A stretch of 64,000 nucleotides of DNA from Candidatus Poribacteria bacterium (GTDB lineage: Bacteria > Poribacteria > WGA-4E > WGA-3G): positions 3,520,001 through 3,584,000 of the forward strand of contig OZ240248.1 in NCBI GenBank assembly GCA_965198235.1, in the 5' to 3' direction. The translations under genes and the position numbers were made by a program. Positions 9,807 through 20,281 of the stretch are shown here, one piece after another. Each line of letters starts with the position of its first letter. Within the stretch, counting starts at the first letter, position 1. The notes beneath the pieces were generated by a model. That model was not told the DNA's origin. It saw nothing but the letters and a program-made list of their open reading frames with translations, and did no database searches.

Positions 9807-10259
9807 ATGAAACTCTTTATATTTACCGTTTTTTGCGTCGGTATCACGGTATTCATCGGCTGCATGGCAACGATGCCCATCCATACCGAGCAAGACGTTC
9901 AACAACTTGAGGAAGCAAAAGAACTGTTCAAACGCCAGTTCGAAAATGATATGCATCCGATAATTTGGGCGTATCTGGACGAAGTTCTGCACGATCCCAG
10001 TTCTTTTCGCTTGCAACGTTTCGAATACACCCTCGCGAATTATCCTGCGATAGTACCCTATAAAAAACGCACTATCCTGCCGAGTAAATCCACCAAAACG
10101 CTCTACAAGCAAGTTTTAATCCCAGCCTATCATGTTAATATGCATTTTTGGAATAAAGTCCCCGCAAGCGGTTCGCAGATAGGAGAAATGCGTTTTTATC
10201 TCTTAAAGGACAACCAATTAATCCTGCCAAACAACCTTGCTGTCTCTCTAATTGAATAA
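9807..10259 (+). CDS. Hypothetical lipoprotein
   Basis: AGGAG RBS, ATG at 9807, signal peptide ending in a lipobox-like FIGC. Confidence 0.6.
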   Translation: MKLFIFTVFCVGITVFIGCMATMPIHTEQDVQQLEEAKELFKRQFENDMHPIIWAYLDEVLHDPSSFRLQRFEYTLANYPAIVPYKKRTILPSKSTKTLYKQVLIPAYHVNMHFWNKVPASGSQIGEMRFYLLKDNQLILPNNLAVSLIE

Positions 10260-10697
10260 TTTTCCTGCTGTGTACCACAAACTATATGAAGTTTCAATAA
10301 GTATTTCGGTAATTTGATATGTTCCGCGGACCCGGTAGGTGTGGTTTCTAACCGCACCGGTTTTGCTCGCTGATTCCCTAATTCATCAGACGACTCTCTT
10401 TGTAGGAGGGAGCTCCGATTCCCGACTCTTATCTTTATTTTTCGATGGTTCTTAGAGGCTTAATTTCATAGTTTTCATAGTAAACTCCAAAATTGATATA
10501 TTTCAGGATAGGTCGTAAGCCCATATCATGACTGGGTTTTCCCGAATTTTCACCGAACGATTTTTTCATAGTACTATGAAATTTCATATCTGTACTGTGC
10601 AGAGATTGAGTTGAACTGAACGTGACGTACAACCCAGTTCTTGACTTCCACATACCGATGTGATATACTAAATTGAACTTCATTGACAGGAAAAAAA

Positions 10698-11672
10698 ATG
10701 AGACAGTTTAAAAGCCAGAACCGTTTGTGTGCGGCGAACTATCGTACTTTTACATATACCTTCATCGTAGTTCTCATCCTCGTGTGCATGCCCGCCGCCG
10801 CAGCGGATAATACGGACATCCATGAAAACGCCGGCACCCGCGCCATGACCTTCCTCAAAATCGGCGTTGGGGCAGAGGCGATGAGCATGGGCGAATCCCA
10901 AGTCGCTGCGACCGATGATCTTTACGCATCGTACTGGAACCCCGCGGGTCTCGCAAGACTCCAAAAGCCGCAACTCGCACTCATGCATAACGAATGGTTC
11001 GCCGATATTAATCACGAATTCGTTGGGTTCGCACTTCCGCTTAAGGGCGTAGGCACGCTCGGCGCAAGCGCGAGTTTTTTGTCTTTCGGAGAATTGCAGG
11101 GGCGTGATCGAGAGGGGAATGAAACGACGATTTTCCGTCCTTATGATCTGGCACTGATTCTCTCGTATGCCCGAGGCTTCGGCAGTTCACTCGCTTTCGG
11201 TGCGAACGCAAAATTCCTGCGCGAGCAGATCGCTGACGAGAGCGGAACCGGCATCGCCTTTGATCTCGGTGGGCTGTACAACTTTCCTGAGACACCTCTC
11301 TCACTGGGCTTCAACGCACAGCACGTCGGTCCGCGAGTGAAGTTCATAGAGGAGGCTTTCGGGTTACCCTTTACGCTCAGACTTGGGGCGGCTTACAGAC
11401 TCTGGAATGACGCACTTATCCTAACGACAGACATCATTCGTCCCTCTGACAACGATATCGCCATCGGGATCGGCGCGGGCTACACGATAGGCAATATCTT
11501 ACAACTCCGCACCGGCTATAAATACAAGATCGGCGGTAACGATTTAGGCGCGATTTCTGGACTCGCAGGCGGTTTTGGGTTGACGTTCCTCCGCTTCCAA
11601 ATCGACTATGCGCTCATCCCGTTCGGCGTTCTCGGATTAACCCACCGCGTCTCCTTAGTCGCTAATTTTTAG
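10698..11672 (+). CDS. PorV/PorQ family outer-membrane protein
   Basis: Signal peptide; FLKIGVGAEAMSMGE, YWNPAGL, AFDLG, LRTGY and QIDYA..THRVSL..F. Confidence 0.85.
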   Translation: MRQFKSQNRLCAANYRTFTYTFIVVLILVCMPAAAADNTDIHENAGTRAMTFLKIGVGAEAMSMGESQVAATDDLYASYWNPAGLARLQKPQLALMHNEWFADINHEFVGFALPLKGVGTLGASASFLSFGELQGRDREGNETTIFRPYDLALILSYARGFGSSLAFGANAKFLREQIADESGTGIAFDLGGLYNFPETPLSLGFNAQHVGPRVKFIEEAFGLPFTLRLGAAYRLWNDALILTTDIIRPSDNDIAIGIGAGYTIGNILQLRTGYKYKIGGNDLGAISGLAGGFGLTFLRFQIDYALIPFGVLGLTHRVSLVANF

Positions 11673-12389
11673 CAGTCGCCCCATTTTTGAACACTGGTAT
11701 TTAGATGCCTTCTTAATAAACGCTTCAAATAATTTGCGTCTGTGTTCCTGAAAATCAACGGTTTCGATCATCCGCTCTGGATGATACTGCACCCCAAGCA
11801 CAAACCGCTTTGATCGGTTTTCCATCGCCTCGATAATCCCTTCTTTTGTGCGTGCTGTCACCTCAAATCCTTCACCCTTCTCTCTCACAGCTTGATGATG
11901 GGCGGAATTGACTTTGTCTGTGCCTTTACCTGTGATTCGGTTTAGTCGACTGTCCGCGACAATCTCAATTGTGTGCCGAGCATCCACACCTTTTACCTGT
12001 GCTTGACGTGATGCCTTTTTGGGGAATTCCGATGGTATATCTTGGTATAGACTGCCACCCATTGCAACGCTCATAATCTGAACACCGCGGCAGATACCAA
12101 AAACGGGAATGTCGGCTGCTATTGCTTCTTGACAGAGCGGTATTTCCAAGGCATCGCGGTCTTCGTTGACATATTTTAGCGTTGGGTGCCACTCGGCATC
12201 AAAATTGTCTGGATGGATATCGCCACCACCTGTTAGCAAAAGGGCATCAATATCGGCGTAAGCATCTTCTGATACGCCGGGGTACAGCGTGCGAGGTATA
12301 CCACCGAACTCTTTAATGGCGTTTATGTAGTTATTAGAAGGGTCGTCCTCAATATTTTCGCTGAATGTGATTCCGATAATGGGGCGCAT
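11655..12389 (-). CDS. Gamma-glutamyl-gamma-aminobutyrate hydrolase family (peptidase C26, class I GATase)
   Basis: RPIIGIT, LLLTGGGDI, GICRGVQ, VNSAHHQA, GVQYHPE; AAGGAG RBS before the ATG at 12389. Confidence 0.9.
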   Translation of the reverse strand: MRPIIGITFSENIEDDPSNNYINAIKEFGGIPRTLYPGVSEDAYADIDALLLTGGGDIHPDNFDAEWHPTLKYVNEDRDALEIPLCQEAIAADIPVFGICRGVQIMSVAMGGSLYQDIPSEFPKKASRQAQVKGVDARHTIEIVADSRLNRITGKGTDKVNSAHHQAVREKGEGFEVTARTKEGIIEAMENRSKRFVLGVQYHPERMIETVDFQEHRRKLFEAFIKKASKYQCSKMGRLLKISD

Positions 12390-12671
12390 ATAAGAAGGTC
12401 TCCTTGTGAATCGTTTTTCTTTACATAAATTATACCCCATTTTAGAGCCAGATAACAAGCCAATCAGCGGTATTGAGTAGATGTGGCGTTCCGACACTGC
12501 AGGCAGACTCGTTTGTAGTAGGGAGACCATTTATTGCCCGTTATCACAGCGTTAGGACGTGCGATAAATCACACTACTACGAACATCGTGCCTACGAATG
12601 GCTGACGGTCGATTGCTGATGATTTCCAGCCACTGATAACCGATAATCGACAACTATAAACCAAATCGCAT

Positions 12672-12700
12672 TTGCATTATCTGAAGATACGTGGTATAAT
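12672..12700 (+). promoter_or_regulatory. Sigma70-type promoter
   Basis: TTGCAT-17 bp-TATAAT with TG extension. Confidence 0.55.
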
Positions 12701-12716
12701 TTCCATAAAAGAATCT

Positions 12717-13481
12717 ATGATACACGAAATTAACAAAAACGAATTATCCATTACAAAAGACAGCGCACCGATACTCACTTACTGTTATGGCGATCCCGAA
12801 AGTCCGCCCTATTTTCATCCGCTCTATGCACCGGATGGACAGGTGGTAACCGAGGGGGCGTACACCCGAGGACGGTATCCGCCAGGGATCTGTTTCACAC
12901 TGGGAACCGTCAACGGCGAGCAGCTTGACCGGAACACACTGACCCGCGAAAGAGGACCGTCGAACGGGGAGGCTTCGAAAGAATTCACAATCGTCACGAC
13001 GTGGAACGCATCGGGACCGCTGCTCATGGAAACTTGCACCACGGATGTCCATTCGCCTCAGACTGAAGTTCAAGTGCTGGACATCGCTATCTCGTTGTAC
13101 GCGCCTACGACTTCACTTGAATTTGCGGGTGACATCGGGCTTGGATGTCATACCGTTGAAATGGAGTACCGCAAAGCCGCGAATGCAAACGGACGGATCG
13201 GCGAGTCGGAAGTGAATGGAAATAGGTCGGCGTGGGGAACGCTTTCCGGTATCACGACTGCGGAACAGCGTGCTGTTGGTGTTGCTATCTTTCCGCATCC
13301 AACAAACGGTGAAACAACGTTTCTCGCCGAGGACGCATCGTTCGGATACCTTTTTGCACAGGCTGTTCCGTTCAAAGTTAACGTCGGTGTGACGCGCACG
13401 CTAAAATACCGTGTCCTCGCATACGTCGGTGATTTCTTTATGGTCGATGTCTGGAAATACCATCAAGATTACATTGGGTGA
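12717..13481 (+). CDS. DUF6807 / 'PmoA-like' beta-sandwich hypothetical protein
   Basis: PYFHPLYAPDGQVVT and GVAIFPHPTN motifs. Confidence 0.6.
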   Translation: MIHEINKNELSITKDSAPILTYCYGDPESPPYFHPLYAPDGQVVTEGAYTRGRYPPGICFTLGTVNGEQLDRNTLTRERGPSNGEASKEFTIVTTWNASGPLLMETCTTDVHSPQTEVQVLDIAISLYAPTTSLEFAGDIGLGCHTVEMEYRKAANANGRIGESEVNGNRSAWGTLSGITTAEQRAVGVAIFPHPTNGETTFLAEDASFGYLFAQAVPFKVNVGVTRTLKYRVLAYVGDFFMVDVWKYHQDYIG

Positions 13482-13627
13482 GTCGGTATGATATGGTGAG
13501 TTCGATATAAAAAGGATAGAAATTTGGAGCATTTTGCGAACTCATACATCTACGCGACGTAGATTGGGTTGATAATCGTCTCTGTCCTCAGGAAATTCAC
13601 AGAGACGTTTTTGAAGGAGATAGCACG

Positions 13628-14314
13628 ATGCGAGAAAAAATAGGCTTTGCCCCTACACTCGTCTATCCCGAATCAGACGGCGAACCGATGGCAGAAACTG
13701 AAAAACATCGAAAGGTCATGGTAGACCTCATAGATATCCTGGAGCAGTATTTCCAGCACGCCCCGGATGTGCACGTGTCCGGGAACCTACTGCTCTATTA
13801 TGAAGAAGGCAATCCTCGGAAAAGCGTGTCCCCCGACGTGTTCATGGTCCGGGGTTTGTCGAAAAAAGAGCTCAGGGTCTATAAAACGTGGGAACAGCCC
13901 CCGACCCTTGATTTTGTATTGGAACTTGTGAGCCCGAGCACTTTTCGTCGGGATTTTACGGAGAAGAAGGAGATTTATGAGAAGATCCTGCGTGTTAAAG
14001 AGTACTATATCTATGATCCCTACGGTGAGATTGAGCCGGATTTCATTGGGTTCAGGCTTGTTGATGGGGTCTATGGAGCGATAGAGTTTATAGAGGGACG
14101 GCTCTTGAGTGAGACCTTGGGTTTAGAGTTAGAGGCACTCGAGGGTATGCTGGGATTGTATAATCCTGTGCTGGGGGCGTGGTTAGAAACGTCTCGGGAT
14201 CGTGTGGATAAAGCGGAGACGCGTGCGACAGCAGAAGCCCGCGCCCGACAAGAAGCGGAAACTGAACTCGCAAAAGCGCGCGCAGCACTCAAACGCCTAC
14301 AAACTTCTGAATAG
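13628..14314 (+). CDS. Uma2 family PD-(D/E)xK endonuclease
   Basis: YPESDGEPMAE, SPDVF, VLELVSPST, EYYIYDP; C-terminal coiled coil. Confidence 0.9.
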   Translation: MREKIGFAPTLVYPESDGEPMAETEKHRKVMVDLIDILEQYFQHAPDVHVSGNLLLYYEEGNPRKSVSPDVFMVRGLSKKELRVYKTWEQPPTLDFVLELVSPSTFRRDFTEKKEIYEKILRVKEYYIYDPYGEIEPDFIGFRLVDGVYGAIEFIEGRLLSETLGLELEALEGMLGLYNPVLGAWLETSRDRVDKAETRATAEARARQEAETELAKARAALKRLQTSE

Positions 14315-14343
14315 GAATAGACTGGACGCATACGTAACGATTT

Positions 14344-15780
14344 ATGAAAAACGATACGCTTTTCCCGCTCTATAAGAAAAATGAAGGCGCATCCGCACCG
14401 CATCCGCCGCCACACGTGTCGCAAGACGGAAGTGTAACACCGGCGCACGCCCGTCGTGTTTACATCGAAACCTACGGATGCCAGATGAACGTCAGCGACA
14501 GTGAACTGATGGCAGGCATTTTGACGCAGAGTGGACACCAGACTGTCCCGCACCTCGACGATGCGGATGTTGTTCTCGTCAATACCTGCGCAATTCGGGA
14601 AAACGCCGAAACGAAAGTGATTAATCGACTGAAGCATCTGAATCACCGGAAACGCCGCCATCCAGAACTCATTATCGGGGTCTGCGGTTGTATGGCACAA
14701 CACCTCCGCGACCGACTCTTGGATGCCGCACCTTATGTGGATCTCGTCATGGGACCGGACGCGTATCGAAATCTGCCTGTGGCTTTAGATTCTTTGGTCC
14801 GTGATGTCGAATCGCATGTGTCCCTGACCGATCGCGACCCGTTTGTCGGGTTACGGTTGGACAAAAACGAAGACTACGCCGACATCGCTCCCATCCGAAA
14901 AGAGGGGATTCGGGCGTGGCTTACCATTCAACGTGGGTGCGATAAGATGTGCACCTTCTGCATCGTCCCTTTCGTTCGTGGCAGAGAACGCAGCCTCCCG
15001 CTAAAACTCCTTGTTGAAGATGTCGAAAAACTCGTTGATCAGGGGTTCAAAGAGGTTGTGCTTCTTGGGCAGACCGTTAACTCCTATCACGATGACGGTG
15101 CCGATTTTGGAGATCTCCTCTACGCTGTCGGCGAAGTAAACGGATTGGAACGCGTGCGATTTACCTCTCCACACCCCGCAGACGCGACGGACAGCATGAT
15201 CGATGCAATGGCGAATTCACCAGCCGTCTGTAAGCATCTGCACCTCCCCCTACAGTCGGGTTCAACGGAAGTCCTTGAGCGGATGCGCCGCACCTATACA
15301 GCGGATGCGTACCGCACACTCGTCTCAAAGCTCCGCGAACGCGTCCCCAATATTTCCCTGACAACCGATATTATCGTCGGCTTCTGTGGTGAAACCGATG
15401 AGGAGTTCACGGAAACGTATCAAATGATGGCAGATATCCGATACGATTCGGCGTTCATGTTCAAGTATTCCGAACGTGAGGGGACCCTTGCACACAAAGC
15501 CTTACCCGATGATGTGCCTGAGACAGTAAAGGGAGAACGCCTCAAACAGATTATTGGACTTCAGGAAAACATTTCCGCGGACATTAACACTGCTGTAGTC
15601 GGTGACACCGTTGCAGTGCTCGTAGAAGGCGAATCCCGGCGCGATGCAGATAGATACCACGGAAAAACGGACGGTTTCAAGACGACTGTATTCCCCAAGA
15701 CGGGCAGCCAAATCGGCGAAATTGTCAACGTTCGCGTTCACAGCACAACAGCACATACCTTAATTGGGCAGAAAATCTGA
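14344..15780 (+). CDS. miaB: tRNA-2-methylthio-N6-dimethylallyladenosine synthase
   Basis: TYGCQMN, NTCAIRE, GCMAQ, radical SAM CDKMCTFC, TDIIVGF, TRAM domain. Confidence 0.95.
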   Translation: MKNDTLFPLYKKNEGASAPHPPPHVSQDGSVTPAHARRVYIETYGCQMNVSDSELMAGILTQSGHQTVPHLDDADVVLVNTCAIRENAETKVINRLKHLNHRKRRHPELIIGVCGCMAQHLRDRLLDAAPYVDLVMGPDAYRNLPVALDSLVRDVESHVSLTDRDPFVGLRLDKNEDYADIAPIRKEGIRAWLTIQRGCDKMCTFCIVPFVRGRERSLPLKLLVEDVEKLVDQGFKEVVLLGQTVNSYHDDGADFGDLLYAVGEVNGLERVRFTSPHPADATDSMIDAMANSPAVCKHLHLPLQSGSTEVLERMRRTYTADAYRTLVSKLRERVPNISLTTDIIVGFCGETDEEFTETYQMMADIRYDSAFMFKYSEREGTLAHKALPDDVPETVKGERLKQIIGLQENISADINTAVVGDTVAVLVEGESRRDADRYHGKTDGFKTTVFPKTGSQIGEIVNVRVHSTTAHTLIGQKI

Positions 15781-16565
15781 TGGACAAGCTTAGAATCAAA
15801 AATAAGGTCGAAATTGAGAAGATGAAGCGAAGTGGCAAGGCAGCCGCGACGGTGCTAAAGCACATCGGAGAGGCAATTGCACCAGGGGTATCGACTGCCG
15901 AATTAGAACGCATCTCGCGTGATACAATTGCCGAAGTCGATGCCACATCTTCCTTCTTAGGCTACCAGCTCCCAGAGCATGAGCCTTATCCCGCCACGAT
16001 ATGTACCTCGATTAACGATATCGTCATCCACGGGATTCCAGAGGAAAGTGAAGTGCTGCAAGAGGGCGACATCATCGGGATCGATACGGCTGTCAGCATT
16101 GATGGCTACCACGGTGATAACGCATATACCTTCCCCGTTGGAGACATCTCACCGTCAGCCGAAAGGCTGCTTAAAGCAACACGAAGTTCTCTCTACGACG
16201 CGATTGCGGAAGCGAAACCGGGAAACCGTATCGGCGACATCTCTTCTAAGTTACAAGATGGCGCAGAGTCCGAAGGGTTCTCTGTCCTCCAGAATTTTGC
16301 CGGACACGGCATCGGGCGGAGTCTCCATGAAGCACCAGAGGTCCCCTGCATGGGGGTCGCGGGACGCGGTTTACGTTTGAGACCGGGTATGGTCCTCGCG
16401 ATTGAAACGATGGTGAACGTTGGGCTTCCCGATGTCCAAATACTGGCAGACGGCTGGAGCGTTGCAACGCTTGATGGCACCTTATCCGCGCTCTTTGAGC
16501 ATACCGTGGCGATCCTCTCGGACGGACCCGAAATTCTAACGGGGAGTTCATTGTGGGAAATCTAA
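15780..16565 (+). CDS. map: Methionine aminopeptidase type I
   Basis: CTSIND..HGIP, DGYHGD, GHGIG..LHEAP, AIETMV, FEHTV. Confidence 0.95.
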   Translation: MDKLRIKNKVEIEKMKRSGKAAATVLKHIGEAIAPGVSTAELERISRDTIAEVDATSSFLGYQLPEHEPYPATICTSINDIVIHGIPEESEVLQEGDIIGIDTAVSIDGYHGDNAYTFPVGDISPSAERLLKATRSSLYDAIAEAKPGNRIGDISSKLQDGAESEGFSVLQNFAGHGIGRSLHEAPEVPCMGVAGRGLRLRPGMVLAIETMVNVGLPDVQILADGWSVATLDGTLSALFEHTVAILSDGPEILTGSSLWEI

Positions 16566-17230
16566 GCACTAAAATTGTAGGCACTCTCACGGCAATCCTC
16601 GTCTTTATCTCACTCTATCTCATCTTTGGATACGCGCGCATTGAAGGCACAATGCTCGAAGTCCAAAAAATCTTCTACTATCACGTCTCTGCCGCACTCA
16701 CCGTTTTTGTAGCCTTCGGTGTTAACTGCGTATTTAGCATCAAGTACCTCATCCAGCGGAAACCCAACGACGATCTCCTCGCAGTCGCTGCGGCGGAACT
16801 GGGTCTCGTCTTTTGCACGATCGCGCTGCTGTCGGGTCCAATCTGGGCGCGATACGCGTGGAATACATGGTGGAATTGGGAGCCCCGTCTCACGAGTACA
16901 CTCGTCCTCTGGCTCATGTACGTCGGTTATTTTATTCTCCGTTCCGCTCTGGAAGGCGACAAACGTAGACTTTATTCTGCCGTCCTCGGTATTATCGCCT
17001 ATCTTGACGTACCGATCGTCTATTATTCCGTGGACATCTGGCAGGGAGGCTTGCATCCGGACCGCGGAACCAAATGGAGCCTTGAAACGACAATGCGGCA
17101 GACATGGATGGTGGCACTGCTTGCACTCATTATGCTGTTTACACTGTTGCTAATCGTGCGGTATCGGATGAAGAAGGCGGAAACACGCTATGAAATCGTC
17201 CGACAGAAATACTTAGGGGAGGCATCCTAA
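16553..17230 (+). CDS. ccmC: Cytochrome c biogenesis heme exporter CcmC
   Basis: IFYYHV, W-rich WARYAWNTWWNWEPRLTS, SV..W..LHP. Confidence 0.8.
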   Translation: MGNLSTKIVGTLTAILVFISLYLIFGYARIEGTMLEVQKIFYYHVSAALTVFVAFGVNCVFSIKYLIQRKPNDDLLAVAAAELGLVFCTIALLSGPIWARYAWNTWWNWEPRLTSTLVLWLMYVGYFILRSALEGDKRRLYSAVLGIIAYLDVPIVYYSVDIWQGGLHPDRGTKWSLETTMRQTWMVALLALIMLFTLLLIVRYRMKKAETRYEIVRQKYLGEAS

Positions 17231-17577
17231 TGAAAATAGCGGTTCTTGTGAGTTTTTTGGTGGTTTTGGGGGTCTTCATCTTTGCAACCCAAGTCCCGAT
17301 CACCTTGACGGAAGATGAAGTCGCGAAGGCTATTGCAGAGGTAAGTTCGGAATCCGAATCTCCTGTGGATGAAGACCTCTTAGCACCGGCAGTGCAACTG
17401 TTCGTTGCAAAACTGGAAAAGGCACAAAGCACACGCCTCAAATATCTTGTCTCCGCCTATTTGGTCATCTGGTTAGTCTTTATTCTATATGTCCTACACT
17501 TGGAGCGGAAGCAGCAGGAACTCGACAAACGCCTTGCACAATTAGAACAGGAATCCGATGAAAACGTTCCTTTTTAA
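17230..17577 (+). CDS. CcmD-like membrane protein
   Basis: Translationally coupled to ccmC; YLVSAYLVIW..YV helix followed by a charged coiled coil. Confidence 0.55.
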   Translation: MKIAVLVSFLVVLGVFIFATQVPITLTEDEVAKAIAEVSSESESPVDEDLLAPAVQLFVAKLEKAQSTRLKYLVSAYLVIWLVFILYVLHLERKQQELDKRLAQLEQESDENVPF

Positions 17578-18007
17578 ATCACAACGAATGGTTGACCAGC
17601 CATTGACAAAAGTTTTTGAATTTTTCTCCAATGCACATAACCTCGCTTTGATTACACCACCATCGCTACACTTAGAAATCTTAACCCCCGCCCCGATTGA
17701 AATATTTGCCGGAACGCGTATCGATTATCAGTTGAAACTGCATGGCATCCCGATCCGCTGGCAGACCGAGATTACGGAGTGGAATCCGCCTCACGGCTTT
17801 TTAGATGAACAACGGCACGGTCCATATCGACTCTGGCGACATGCACATACCTTTGATGAAACAGAGGACGGTGTTGTCGTGAACGATTCAATCGAATACG
17901 CTGTTTGGGGAGGTGGGCTTATTGAGAAATTATTTGTCCGCCCCGATTTGGAAAGAATCTTTGCTTACCGTTCCGAGCAGTTAGATGAAATTTTCCATCG
18001 GACTTGA
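17558..18007 (+). CDS. SRPBCC family protein
   Basis: VFEFFS..NL..ITPP, F.DEQ..GPY..WRH.H.F, IFAYR. Confidence 0.85.
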   Translation: MKTFLFKSQRMVDQPLTKVFEFFSNAHNLALITPPSLHLEILTPAPIEIFAGTRIDYQLKLHGIPIRWQTEITEWNPPHGFLDEQRHGPYRLWRHAHTFDETEDGVVVNDSIEYAVWGGGLIEKLFVRPDLERIFAYRSEQLDEIFHRT

Positions 18008-18011
18008 ATCT

Positions 18012-18683
18012 TCAGAGGAAAAACAGCAATCCCTCATAGAAACGGATACGTGCGTAGTAGCGCATCACTCGTTCTACGTGCGCCAATGTCTCGTTAGCCC
18101 CTTCAAAATAACCGTGGGGCGGTTTGCCGCTTTCCCAGACCTCGCGATGCATAGAGGCATGTTGCTTCGTCAACTGGCTGAGTGTAATGCTCACGGGTTC
18201 CCAGAGAAGCGGGTTTCCCGCGTTATGGTAACGGACGAGTGCTTGTGCATCGCGCACCCGTCCGAGACCCCCGTTGTAACTTGCTAATACTAAACGATGC
18301 CGATGTTCGTGTGGGCTTTCAGGGAAAGCGTTGTATAACGTCCGTAGATGACGCGTTGCACCTGCAATGTTCTGATTCGCATCAAACGGATCTCGCACGC
18401 CGAGTTCCTTTGCCGTGGTTGGCATCAATTGTGTCAACCCCAGCGCACCCACCGCGCTTTCTGCCTTTTCGTCAAACCCAGATTCCTGTACAATCAACGC
18501 GCAAATCAGTCGAGCGTCCAACGCTTCTTTAGCCGCGTGTTGCTGAATCAACCCTCTATACTTGAGCATCTTCGGGGTCAGCACAAGCAATCGTAGATCC
18601 AACGGGATGTTGCTGACCAAACTTAGGACGAGGATTAAAGCAAGTGTCGCGAGAATAAGAATGAGTGTCCGTTTGCGCCGCAT
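18012..18683 (-). CDS. Lytic transglycosylase (SLT domain)
   Basis: QESGF, GALGLTQLMP, ASYNGG, ET..HV. Confidence 0.9.
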   Translation of the reverse strand: MRRKRTLILILATLALILVLSLVSNIPLDLRLLVLTPKMLKYRGLIQQHAAKEALDARLICALIVQESGFDEKAESAVGALGLTQLMPTTAKELGVRDPFDANQNIAGATRHLRTLYNAFPESPHEHRHRLVLASYNGGLGRVRDAQALVRYHNAGNPLLWEPVSITLSQLTKQHASMHREVWESGKPPHGYFEGANETLAHVERVMRYYARIRFYEGLLFFL

Positions 18684-18697
18684 TTCTGTTTACCTTC

Positions 18698-20281
18698 TTA
18701 AAACAGATAACCCATCTGAATCGCGAGTCGGTGCGCTTGGTTTGTTGCCCCTTTACGATGTTCAGTATTTTGCGTGTAGTGCCATACGTATAAGAACGAG
18801 GCATTCCATCCATTCAATGGACGGTAGGAGAATTGCCCACCGATTTCTGTCGTCCGTGCAACAACACCCGTCGGAAACGGGAGCGTCCTGAAGTCTTCTC
18901 CGTAAAACCGATCTGCGATTGTGCCTTCACCCTGTCGGGTGAGCACGCCGCGAATCTCCGCTTCGGTGGAGACAGTCAATTGATAGGTGGCTGAAAATCG
19001 AACTGTATCCGAATCGGTGCTGATTGGATGTCCGATTGCGTATCCGAAGTGTGTGAACTGATTATCAGGCACCAGATGCGTGTAAGCCCATCGGTTGACG
19101 CGTGCGTATTCGCTGTGAATTCCGAGATGACGACCAAGGTGTTGTGGATACCATGTCGCTCCTAAGAGCCACGCCACTGCATGGGGATCGTTCGCACCAG
19201 GAACGTATTGGATATCGTCGATGACCCATTCACCATACAGCCGGACCCCATCAATAGGACGGATAGCGGCATCAAAGGCGAACATGACGTTATCGTCGGC
19301 TTTGGCGTTGTATTGTAGCGCGTAATAGAAAGTGATCGGGTTTGCGTATTTCCATTCAAGCGTCTGGGCATCGCCACCGTAAAGTACCCATTCCGCGACA
19401 CCGATTTCCACGCGATCGTTGAATTGGTAGTCGAGTCGGTGTCCGCTGATATAACGTTTCGCGAGATAGCGTTTTTCACCGTCATCGTACCAAGTTGAAT
19501 CGAGTTGCGCTGTCCAAGCCGTCGCCTTGAGTCGTTTTCCGAGTCTACTACTGAGTCGGACCTGGTCAAACGGCGGCGAGTTATCAGAGATACCAACCGT
19601 TTTGTATGGACTCGCGCCCCAGAAGAGCCAATCTCTACCGACAAGCAGATCAAGGTGTGCGCTATTGACTTGCAAGTAACCTCTCTTGAAGTCGCCAGTG
19701 TAGTCCCTGCGCCAGCGTTCAAGGCGTTGTCCGGCTGTCTTCCCATCCAGCGGTGGGCTCTCAAAGTTATGTGCCTCAAATTCAGAATACAGAGTGAGGC
19801 GCGGGACGTTTCGCTGTTCGAGTTTCCCAAGTGTATAGTGAAGTGCCCATTCAAACGCCGGAGCCACTTTTTCTTCTGTCGTCCGGAGTTGTGGCAGGAA
19901 TCGCATCCTCCGTCCACCGTGGTGCCTGAGTTCTTTCGCGAATTCCCGTTTCAATTTTTCTAAGAGTTTCCTATCTATCGCTAATGGGACAACAACGCCT
20001 GTGCGAATGCGCGATTCAGCCTGCCGTATCGTTTCTGCTGCATCTGCTCTTGAAAGCGGTGCTGTGTGTCGATGGAATCCGCCTGTGATACCATCGGTTT
20101 CCAACTTCGCGAGTGCTTCAGTAACCCAACCATCGAAATTCAAGGGGACATCGGGCGCACCAAACGCCGTGCTCAGAATGAACATAGATGCCAGGAAGAT
20201 GTATAAGATATTCAATCGTGGAGAAGTGGGTGTGTCAGCATCAACGATCCTTTCTATGTTTGAATAGACGGGAAAATTCAC
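18698..20281 (-). CDS. Capsule assembly Wzi family outer-membrane protein
   Basis: GRDWLFWG..SDNSPP, SGHRLD, DDNVM, LYGEWVIDD, GHPI motifs; terminal Phe. Confidence 0.7.
   Translation of the reverse strand: MNFPVYSNIERIVDADTPTSPRLNILYIFLASMFILSTAFGAPDVPLNFDGWVTEALAKLETDGITGGFHRHTAPLSRADAAETIRQAESRIRTGVVVPLAIDRKLLEKLKREFAKELRHHGGRRMRFLPQLRTTEEKVAPAFEWALHYTLGKLEQRNVPRLTLYSEFEAHNFESPPLDGKTAGQRLERWRRDYTGDFKRGYLQVNSAHLDLLVGRDWLFWGASPYKTVGISDNSPPFDQVRLSSRLGKRLKATAWTAQLDSTWYDDGEKRYLAKRYISGHRLDYQFNDRVEIGVAEWVLYGGDAQTLEWKYANPITFYYALQYNAKADDNVMFAFDAAIRPIDGVRLYGEWVIDDIQYVPGANDPHAVAWLLGATWYPQHLGRHLGIHSEYARVNRWAYTHLVPDNQFTHFGYAIGHPISTDSDTVRFSATYQLTVSTEAEIRGVLTRQGEGTIADRFYGEDFRTLPFPTGVVARTTEIGGQFSYRPLNGWNASFLYVWHYTQNTEHRKGATNQAHRLAIQMGYLF

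Noticed and set aside
12717-13481. Particulate methane monooxygenase subunit
   Set aside because: Soluble beta-rich protein without TM helices; no pmoB/pmoC nearby; the family name is misleading
19162-19917. Long alternative-frame and antisense ORFs (e.g. 19162-19917, 14071-14703, 28479-29060)
   Set aside because: They overlap well-supported genes and show no recognisable motifs; treated as shadow ORFs
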